A program made the position numbers and the translations under genes. A stretch of DNA of 64,000 bases. Origin: an uncultured Prevotellaceae bacterium. GTDB taxonomy: Bacteria > Bacteroidota > Bacteroidia > Bacteroidales > Muribaculaceae. The notes beneath the pieces were generated by a model. That model was given only the letters and a program-made list of their open reading frames with translations, ran no database searches and was not told where the DNA came from. The stretch is from the NCBI GenBank assembly GCA_945921235.1, contig CAMEKH010000001.1, forward strand, positions 17,961 to 81,960, written 5' to 3'. Each line of letters begins with the position of its first letter. The first letter of the stretch is position 1. This document shows positions 30,926 through 37,531 of this stretch, piece by piece.

Positions 30926-30973
30926 CTTAAAATAAATCAGGCTGTATCACACATTGAACGATACAGCCTGATT
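30926..30973 (-). terminator. Intrinsic terminator after rpsP (also faces the + strand orphan ORF)
   Basis: 14-bp stem AATCAGGCTGTATC / GATACAGCCTGATT. On the minus strand it is followed by TTTATTTT. Confidence 0.75.
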
Positions 30974-31001
30974 AATCCTTATTCGATTCTAAACGAACTT
31001 T

Positions 31002-31547
31002 TTACTCAGCAGCGGGAGCTTCAGCATCAGTGGCAGGAGCTTCCTCAGCAGCTGCTTGTGCAGCAGCTTCAGCAGCAGCCTTAGCGATAGCAGCCTTCTT
31101 CTCAGCTACTTGCTCAGCCTTTGCATTCTTCTTTGCAGTTTCCTCCTCTAAGCGAGCCTTTGCAGCAGATTGCTTAGCCGAACGCATTTGGTCCTTGAAT
31201 GCACTTAACTTAAGTTCTTTTTCGTTTTTCCAAGCATCGAAACGCTTTTGAGCTTCAGCCTCAGTGAATGCTCCTTTCTTGACACCACCCTGCAAGTGCT
31301 TCATAAGCATCACTCCTTCGCGAGAAAGAATGTTGCGAACAGTGTCGGTAGGAATTGCTCCATTGTTCACCCAGTACAAAGCTCTTTCAAAATTTAAACT
31401 TATTGTAGCAGGATTAGTATTAGGGTTATAAGAACCAATCCTTTCAATAAATTTACCATCTCGTGGTGCCCTGCTATCAGCGATGACAATAGGATAAAAC
31501 GCATAGTTCTTGCGACCATGACGTTGTAATCTAATTTTTGTTGCCAT
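31002..31547 (-). CDS. rpsP: 30S ribosomal protein S16 with an Ala/Glu/Lys-rich C-terminal extension
   Basis: The N-terminal roughly 85 aa are canonical S16 ([40 protein letters not shown]). About 95 further residues are low-complexity. My recollection is that this is usual for the phylum. Confidence 0.93.
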   Translation of the reverse strand: MATKIRLQRHGRKNYAFYPIVIADSRAPRDGKFIERIGSYNPNTNPATISLNFERALYWVNNGAIPTDTVRNILSREGVMLMKHLQGGVKKGAFTEAEAQKRFDAWKNEKELKLSAFKDQMRSAKQSAAKARLEEETAKKNAKAEQVAEKKAAIAKAAAEAAAQAAAEEAPATDAEAPAAE

Positions 31548-31572
31548 TAATAAAATGTTTAAATTTGTTTTT

Positions 31573-31603
31573 AATAAAAATAATGGGGAAATTTATTCCC
31601 CAT
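31573..31603 (-). terminator. Terminator-like hairpin between tRNA-Gln and rpsP
   Basis: Stem ATGGGGA (31583-31589) pairs with TCCCCAT (31597-31603). On the minus strand it is followed by TATTTTTATT. Confidence 0.5.
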
Positions 31604-31607
31604 TTAG

Positions 31608-31678
31608 TTGTCCAGGAAGGACTCGAACCCTCACAGGCGGAACCAGAATCCGAAGTGCTACCATTACACCACTGGACA
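31608..31678 (-). tRNA. tRNA-Gln (anticodon CUG)
   Basis: Hand-folded 71-nt cloverleaf from the reverse complement. Acceptor stem TGTCCAG/CTGGACA with U1:A72. D stem GTGT/GCAC. Anticodon arm (T)CGGA-TTCTGGT-TCCG(C), giving anticodon CTG. T arm GAGGG-TTCGAGT-CCTTC. No CCA is encoded. Confidence 0.85.
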
Positions 31679-31693
31679 AATTCAAATTCGATG

Positions 31694-31701
31694 CAAAGGT
31701 A
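31694..31701 (-). promoter_or_regulatory. -7 box TACCTTTG (tRNA-Gln, possibly also rpsP)
   Basis: The plus strand reads CAAAGGTA. The box ends 15 nt upstream of the mature tRNA 5' end (31678). Confidence 0.6.
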
Positions 31702-31814
31702 CTGCTTTTTTTTGAATCTGCAATAGTTTTGCCCGATTTTTATCAATAAATTTTTGTGTTTTTTTATTTACAAAATCTACACAGCTAATTGATAGCAAAA
31801 TATGTTCAAAATAA

Positions 31815-32570
31815 TTATTGATATTTTTCCACTAAGCCTGAGTGAATAACGTCATAACACTCCGCAATCACATTTTCCATATTATGCCCCTCTTCCGATG
31901 GCAATATTGGTCGATGGATAGTAAGCACGATTTCTGTTGCCGGCTTAATGATATATGTGAATCGTGGCATTGTATCAAATGAACCGTTAATTGTAATAGG
32001 AACAATAGGTAAATTAAAATCAAGAGCCAATTTGAAGGCACCTCTCTTGAAATTCCGCATTTTTCCGTCCCATGAGCGTGCACCTTCAGGAAAGACTACA
32101 AGTGACATTCCATTTCGCAACGTCTTATTTGCGTGCTCCATAGTCTTTTTTACTGCCGACGATGATGAACGGTCAACCATAATATGCCCTGCACATCGAC
32201 ATGCAAGTCCTACAAACGGTACTTTTTCCAAACTTTTCTTCATCATCCACTTAAAATTATGATTCAAGAAGCCATAAATAGAGAATATATCGTAAGCCCC
32301 TTGATGATTGGCTACAAATACATAAGATGTTTTTTTGTCAATCAACTCTCTATTTTCAACCTTTACCTTTATAAAGAATAATTTGCACCAACATTTTGCC
32401 CAAAAATGAGGAGGATAATATCCCCACCATTTGCCCCCGAAGAGCACACTGCCTACACTCGTAAGGATAGCTACTATAATTGTAATAACAATAAGTATCG
32501 GCATTGCAATCAGCCATTGATAAGCCATTGAAAGGTATTTCATTTGAACTATAAGTTTTAATTTGAACAA
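31815..32570 (-). CDS. plsC: 1-acyl-sn-glycerol-3-phosphate acyltransferase
   Basis: N-terminal TM segment, HX4D motif (NHQGAYD) and FPEGARS motif. The start may be the downstream Met at 32543, because a -7 box sits at 32579-32586. Confidence 0.8.
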   Translation of the reverse strand: MFKLKLIVQMKYLSMAYQWLIAMPILIVITIIVAILTSVGSVLFGGKWWGYYPPHFWAKCWCKLFFIKVKVENRELIDKKTSYVFVANHQGAYDIFSIYGFLNHNFKWMMKKSLEKVPFVGLACRCAGHIMVDRSSSSAVKKTMEHANKTLRNGMSLVVFPEGARSWDGKMRNFKRGAFKLALDFNLPIVPITINGSFDTMPRFTYIIKPATEIVLTIHRPILPSEEGHNMENVIAECYDVIHSGLVEKYQ

Positions 32571-32578
32571 TTACTTTG

Positions 32579-32586
32579 CAAAAATA
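32579..32586 (-). promoter_or_regulatory. -7 box TATTTTTG (plsC)
   Basis: The plus strand reads CAAAAATA. It lies just downstream of the response-regulator terminator. Confidence 0.45.
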
Positions 32587-32596
32587 ATAATCACAA

Positions 32597-32635
32597 CAAA
32601 AAAAAGCAACATCAAGCCTCTATTTTGATGTTGCT
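32597..32635 (-). terminator. Intrinsic terminator after the response regulator
   Basis: Stem AGCAACATCAA / TTGATGTTGCT. On the minus strand it is followed by T8. Confidence 0.8.
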
Positions 32636-32664
32636 TCTCAGAAAATAATCCTTATTATTCAGTT

Positions 32665-33375
32665 TTATTTAGCTTTTGCTTCCACCTCGGGAGCAATCAA
32701 CTTATACCCTTTTCCATGAATGTTGATAATCTCAATAGAAGGGTCATCTTTCAAGTGCTTGCGCAGCTTGGTGATGTACACGTCCATGCTTCGAGCATTA
32801 AAGTAGTTATCATCAATCCAAATTGTCTTCAAGGCAAAATTACGCTCGAGAATTTCATTGACATGAGCACAAAGCAAACTGAGCAGTTCTGACTCCTTTG
32901 TGGTAAGTTTGGTTACCTTATCATCGACCATAAGCACTTGCTTCTGTGTATCGAATGTAAATTTACCAATCTTATACATAGTAATTTCTTTACCTTTTTT
33001 ACCCTTTACACGGCGCAAAATAGCTTCAATACGGAATACGAGTTCCTCCATGCTGAATGGCTTGGTGATATAATCATCGGCACCAATTTTAAAGCCTTCA
33101 AGTATATCCTCTTTAAGCGACTTAGCTGTCAAAAATATAATGGGTACTTCGCTGTTTACCGTACGAATTTCTTGAGCTAATGCGAAACCATCTTTCTTTG
33201 GCATCATCACATCAAGAACACACAAATCATATTTTCCTTTTAGAAATGCTTTGTATCCGCTTTCTCCATCGGCAAGTAAATCGGCATTAAAACCTTTAGC
33301 TTGAAGATATTCCCTTAACAACATGCCAAGATTTTCATCGTCCTCGCATAATAGAATACGCAATCTTTCTTCCAT
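32665..33375 (-). CDS. OmpR-family response regulator
   Basis: 236 aa. Receiver domain (DD..LDVMMPKKDG) plus a winged-helix output domain (..VYITKLRKHL..GKGYKL). Confidence 0.9.
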   Translation of the reverse strand: MEERLRILLCEDDENLGMLLREYLQAKGFNADLLADGESGYKAFLKGKYDLCVLDVMMPKKDGFALAQEIRTVNSEVPIIFLTAKSLKEDILEGFKIGADDYITKPFSMEELVFRIEAILRRVKGKKGKEITMYKIGKFTFDTQKQVLMVDDKVTKLTTKESELLSLLCAHVNEILERNFALKTIWIDDNYFNARSMDVYITKLRKHLKDDPSIEIINIHGKGYKLIAPEVEAKAK

Positions 33376-33386
33376 AATTCTTAATT

Positions 33387-34907
33387 TTATTTTATTAAAG
33401 GTAATGTAATTATAAAGTCAGAACCAACATTCACCTCACTCTCCACCCGGATTTCTCCCTTAAGCTCGGTTATCATCTTGTGAACGTAAGCGAGCCCAAG
33501 TCCAAAGCCTTTGACATCGTGTCTGTTCCCGGTAGATACTCGGTAGAATTTCTCAAATATTTTTTTCAAGTCTTCTTTCTTGATACCAATTCCATTGTCA
33601 CTTATGGTTATTTCAAGTTTTTCGTCTTGAATATTTCTCGTTGAAATTTTCAACTCAAGTGGCACATCATCTTTACGATATTTAAGCGCATTGTCAAGTA
33701 GATTAAAAATTACATTGGTAAAATGCATCTCATCGACATTGACTATTGAGTCTTCTGCGTCAAGTTGTGTATCAATTCTGCCTCCGAATTTTTCTACTTT
33801 AATCTTATAAGTGTGAACAACATTCGATATCACATTTGCGGCATCAACCTCTTGCAATTTCAATGTAGCTTTCTGGCGGTCAAACATTGACATCTGCAAT
33901 ACTTTTTCCACTTGAAAACGCAACCGCTTGGTTTCATCATTTATTACAGTAGAAATGTGCTGAAGCATAGTAGGACTTTTGCGCACGGTGTCATCATTGA
34001 GCATTTGAGCTGCAAGTGATATTGTAGAAATCGGAGTCTTGAATTCATGAGTCATATTATTGATGAAATCATTCTTCATTTCCGATAGTTTCTTCTGCCT
34101 GAATGCTAATATTATAGTGTAAATAAAAATAAATAATAAGATAAATGATAACACAAAAGATGGTATCATGAATTTTATTGAAGAAAATATGTAATCACCT
34201 TTTGTAGGGAACATAACTTTCAAATAGTTCATCTTATTTATCGGGTCATTAGGGAAGACGACTTGTGAATACACATCGGAACTATTTGGCTCGGCTATAA
34301 ACCCTGCCGATTTATATACAACATCTCCTTTGCGACTTACCATAGCAAACTCAAATGGCAACGAAAGTCCATTGTTGTCAAGCTCAGATTTCAAGTAGCT
34401 TCTCACCACACTTGAATCGGCTCGTTCTTCTATCGGGCGGTTACTCGATTTGCTGAGGATATTAAGAATAACTTCATTGAGCAGCCCCTTTTGATACAGA
34501 TATTGACCTTTCAATATCTCTTGCATGCTCTTATACCTATCGCGGAAATTATTCTTCTTGTTATCATCTCCTTCAACTTTTATAGTGCTCCAATTGCCCT
34601 TAATCTTGTAACTTGAGCTTCCATCGGCCGACGGGACAGAATATTCAAAACTCTTCTTTGTCTGACCATTTGGTAAATCGGAATAAAATGTCGATTCAAC
34701 ATCGGCAATATCTTCTTCAAGAAAATATTTTGTTTCATCTTGTTCAAGTGTTGTCGAAACTCCATATAGGCTACGCTTTACGACCTCGGAGAATTGCTCG
34801 TTGCGCATTCTCACCATATTCTCCATATACATGATTTGCACATATATAAGTCCTATAAATGCGCAAGCCATTACTATTGTCAGAAGCCATATTGTAGATT
34901 TCTTCAT
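33387..34907 (-). CDS. Sensor histidine kinase
   Basis: 506 aa. Two TM segments flank a sensor domain of roughly 210 aa. H-box MTHEFKTPI, plus N/G boxes (DNGIGI, GFGLGLAYV). It lies 11 nt upstream of its response regulator. Confidence 0.9.
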   Translation of the reverse strand: MKKSTIWLLTIVMACAFIGLIYVQIMYMENMVRMRNEQFSEVVKRSLYGVSTTLEQDETKYFLEEDIADVESTFYSDLPNGQTKKSFEYSVPSADGSSSYKIKGNWSTIKVEGDDNKKNNFRDRYKSMQEILKGQYLYQKGLLNEVILNILSKSSNRPIEERADSSVVRSYLKSELDNNGLSLPFEFAMVSRKGDVVYKSAGFIAEPNSSDVYSQVVFPNDPINKMNYLKVMFPTKGDYIFSSIKFMIPSFVLSFILLFIFIYTIILAFRQKKLSEMKNDFINNMTHEFKTPISTISLAAQMLNDDTVRKSPTMLQHISTVINDETKRLRFQVEKVLQMSMFDRQKATLKLQEVDAANVISNVVHTYKIKVEKFGGRIDTQLDAEDSIVNVDEMHFTNVIFNLLDNALKYRKDDVPLELKISTRNIQDEKLEITISDNGIGIKKEDLKKIFEKFYRVSTGNRHDVKGFGLGLAYVHKMITELKGEIRVESEVNVGSDFIITLPLIK

Positions 34908-34987
34908 AATTACTATTCAATATTATTCAATGTTTTTTAATAAGCATTCACTTCTTGTTTAACAACATCGTTTCTCCTAAGATTGTT

Positions 34988-35069
34988 CAAACTATTTCTG
35001 ATATGCCCATTATTTAATTAACATTACGGCACAAAATTAACAAATTAATGTGAAATTCCAAACTATTTC
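34988..35069. repeat. Direct repeat CAAACTATTTC x2 (71-bp spacing)
   Basis: Exact 11-mers at 34988-34998 and 35059-35069. They lie in the spacer between the two-component operon and the DMT gene. Confidence 0.65.
35032..35039 (-). promoter_or_regulatory. -7 box TAATTTTG (histidine kinase / response regulator operon)
   Basis: The plus strand reads CAAAATTA. It lies about 125 nt upstream of ATG 34907. Confidence 0.4.
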
Positions 35070-35207
35070 CTATATTTTTTTGCAAAAGGACTAATAATTT
35101 CAACATTGATTGCTTCAATCATCTCATGATATGTTGTATTAATAATTCAAGTAAGAACTATTATTTAAATTAACGAATACGCTATCAACAATATATGAAA
35201 AAAGCAG

Positions 35208-35215
35208 TAATTTTG
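35208..35215 (+). promoter_or_regulatory. -7 box TAATTTTG (DMT transporter)
   Basis: Exact TAnnTTTG match, 13 nt before ATG 35229. Confidence 0.5.
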
Positions 35216-35228
35216 CAGAGTGAAATAT

Positions 35229-36161
35229 ATGAACAAAGAATATGGTAACTCCATTAGCACACAATATACAATGAAACCTTTGAGTAGAAATGCGATTATC
35301 GGTTATCCTGCCGGAATCATAACGGGAATAACTTATGGATTGAATCCCCTATTTGCTGTTCCACTTATTAATCAAGGTGTTTCTATCGATTCAATTCTGT
35401 TTTTTCGATATGGATTAGCTGTATTAATACTCGGTGGATTTATGGTTATTAGCCGACAAAGTTTCAGCCTATCATGGCGACAGTTCCGCATCTTGCTGTT
35501 ACTTGGAATTCTATATACATCAAGTAGCTTGTTACTTTTTGAATCCTATAATTACATCGCTTCCGGTTTAGCTACGACAATTGTATTTCTCTATCCTGTA
35601 ATTGTTGCATTAATAATGGTGTTTCTAAAGGTTATACCATCGTGGAAGGTTTGGATTTCAATATTTGCCACATTCATAGGCGTCATTGCTATGACTCATA
35701 GCGATTCAACTACGGCAATAAATCCCACAGGCATTGTTTTATCGCTCGGCTCGGCTACTGCATATAGTATTTTCATCGTAATTATAAATAAGAACAAAGC
35801 CATTGCCTCCATTCCCAACTCTCTGCTCACATTTTATGCACTATTTGTCGGGGCTTTAATATTCATTACAAGAATCTTATGGACAGGAACCGATATCACT
35901 TCAGGAATCGATAATTATTTTTCGTGGATAAATCTCATTGGTCTTGCCCTACTCCCTACCATAGTGTCAACAGCAACCTTAGCTGTAGCAACACGAAATA
36001 TTGGGGCTACTAAAGCATCGGTTCTCGGCGTTTTTGAGCCAATTACGGCTATACTTATCGGCACGCTTGTATTCAATGAGCCGCTTACAACTGGCATAAT
36101 AGTAGGAATAATAATCTCTATTGCTGCCATAACATTTATGATACAAACCACAAAGCGATAA
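35229..36161 (+). CDS. EamA/DMT-family transporter
   Basis: About 10 hydrophobic helices arranged as two EamA-like repeats. The ORF-track start 35220 is GTG just after the -7 box, so the first ATG (35229) is used. Confidence 0.8.
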   Translation: MNKEYGNSISTQYTMKPLSRNAIIGYPAGIITGITYGLNPLFAVPLINQGVSIDSILFFRYGLAVLILGGFMVISRQSFSLSWRQFRILLLLGILYTSSSLLLFESYNYIASGLATTIVFLYPVIVALIMVFLKVIPSWKVWISIFATFIGVIAMTHSDSTTAINPTGIVLSLGSATAYSIFIVIINKNKAIASIPNSLLTFYALFVGALIFITRILWTGTDITSGIDNYFSWINLIGLALLPTIVSTATLAVATRNIGATKASVLGVFEPITAILIGTLVFNEPLTTGIIVGIIISIAAITFMIQTTKR

Positions 36162-36246
36162 TTGCTTTTACTTTATTAATTTCGGAACCTAGCACAAGTT
36201 ATAGCGACTAAAACTGTGTAATTAATATTAATTGCAATTAATGGAA

Positions 36247-36284
36247 AAAGAGACTATGCTAAAATCGGCATAGTCTCTTTTTTA
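36247..36284. terminator. Bidirectional terminator between the DMT transporter (+) and the orphan secreted protein (-)
   Basis: 13-bp stem AAAGAGACTATGC / GCATAGTCTCTTT with a flanking A-run and T-run. Confidence 0.8.
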
Positions 36285-36306
36285 TGTGATTTATAAATAA
36301 GTGTTG

Positions 36307-37251
36307 TTATTTAACCTCCACACCCATTGCATTGAATTTCTTGTCGTCGACGATAATGTAGAATTGTCCGTTCTCAATCACCTTGCGAGGCTTTACCTCT
36401 TTGGCAACCTTGATATCCTCAACCGATGAACCTTTCTGAGCTACGACTTTGATATTGTCGAAGATTACGCGGTTAACCTTATTGTTTGTATCGTGAGGAG
36501 CATCAGTAGCTATAGGCATATCGGTCGTCGCATAGGCAGTTGTCTTAATATTGGGAATAACCGACATAAACGCTACCTGAGTTTCGGCAGTAGCACCCTT
36601 GATAATAAGTTGCTGTTTTGTTCCGGCAAATCCCCATGCCTCAAGTGTATCCTTAGTGATAAAGCAATCAGTAGGAATCTCAAGGCAAGCAGCCTCAACG
36701 CTAAGAGGATTCTTTTCTGCATCGATATAAGCTATTTTACCCATCTTCTTTGCGCCTTCTATTTTACCTGCACCAAGAACTGCCACGGCATACCACTGAT
36801 AGTCATGAGTTTCTCCACTTACATATGTATCACCCTCATATACCGGTCTAGAGGAGTAGCCAATTGCCTGCCATGAAAGAGTGACATCAGTAGGTTCCAT
36901 TCCTTCAAGAGCCGTAAACTTAGGCGAAACGAGGTCTCCACCATAATTCGTCTTGGAAATGCGGACAAATCCCTGACAAGAATAGAGGTAGGTGGTGTGT
37001 GAGCTCCAACCATTGAGGTCATCTGCATAACCAGCATTAACAAGGGTATTATAATTTGGCTGGTATTCCACACCTTCCTTATCTTTACCGGTCCACGGAT
37101 TCTTGCCATACTTGTGGATACCGGCGTCGGTTACTGCTTCGAGTTTGTCGAAATTTTCCTCAAGGACTACAAGGTCTTCAGCCTGAGCAGTAATAAGAGA
37201 ACCCGAAATAATGACGGCTGACAATAAGAATTTAATGTAATTTTTTTTCAT
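36307..37251 (-). CDS. Hypothetical secreted protein (314 aa)
   Basis: Sec signal peptide (MKKNYIKFLLSAVIISGSLITAQA-ED). It has its own -7 box (37300-37307) and its own terminator (36247-36284). I recognise no catalytic motif. Confidence 0.6.
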   Translation of the reverse strand: MKKNYIKFLLSAVIISGSLITAQAEDLVVLEENFDKLEAVTDAGIHKYGKNPWTGKDKEGVEYQPNYNTLVNAGYADDLNGWSSHTTYLYSCQGFVRISKTNYGGDLVSPKFTALEGMEPTDVTLSWQAIGYSSRPVYEGDTYVSGETHDYQWYAVAVLGAGKIEGAKKMGKIAYIDAEKNPLSVEAACLEIPTDCFITKDTLEAWGFAGTKQQLIIKGATAETQVAFMSVIPNIKTTAYATTDMPIATDAPHDTNNKVNRVIFDNIKVVAQKGSSVEDIKVAKEVKPRKVIENGQFYIIVDDKKFNAMGVEVK

Positions 37252-37299
37252 AAGAATTGTGTTATTTTGTTTATAAATGAAATGTTCTTTTTACTACCA

Positions 37300-37307
37300 C
37301 AAAGGTA
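37300..37307 (-). promoter_or_regulatory. -7 box TACCTTTG (orphan secreted protein)
   Basis: The plus strand reads CAAAGGTA. It lies 48 nt upstream of ATG 37251. Confidence 0.55.
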
Positions 37308-37461
37308 ATTATATTTTTGTTAAAACGATAAGAAAAATGACATTTTTTCAAAAAAATATTTTAATATAAATAATCGATGAAAATACCGATAAATTCAGGA
37401 TATTTTGCATCAATACAAGTTAATAGTGCCTATCGAGCTATTTTGCGAAAAAGTATGAATA

Positions 37462-37502
37462 AAGTTTGGGGAATCCCGACTGCAAATCAGCATTCCCCAA
37501 GC
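37462..37502 (-). terminator. Hairpin after the EF-G paralogue
   Basis: Stem TTGGGGAAT (37466-37474) pairs with ATTCCCCAA (37492-37500). The U-tract on the minus strand is weak. Confidence 0.5.
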
Positions 37503-37531
37503 TTTAAACTATAATGAATTCATAAAGATAA

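Noticed and set aside
31030-31251. An Ala-rich 73-aa + strand ORF, plus GCAGC-type repetition that at first looked like a tandem repeat.
   Set aside because: It is the antisense image of the low-complexity Ala/Glu/Lys tail of S16. The repetition is imperfect codon-level low complexity, not a tandem repeat or CRISPR-like array.
31559-31566. A plus-strand TAAATTTG match between rpsP and tRNA-Gln that would drive transcription antisense to the tRNA.
   Set aside because: There is no downstream + strand gene, and a chance match is likely in AT-rich sequence.
36219-36243. An AT-only palindromic stretch, TAATTAATATTAATTGCAATTAAT.
   Set aside because: It is a low-complexity AT palindrome next to a strong terminator. 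Such sequences arise readily in AT-rich spacers, and nothing links it to a function.
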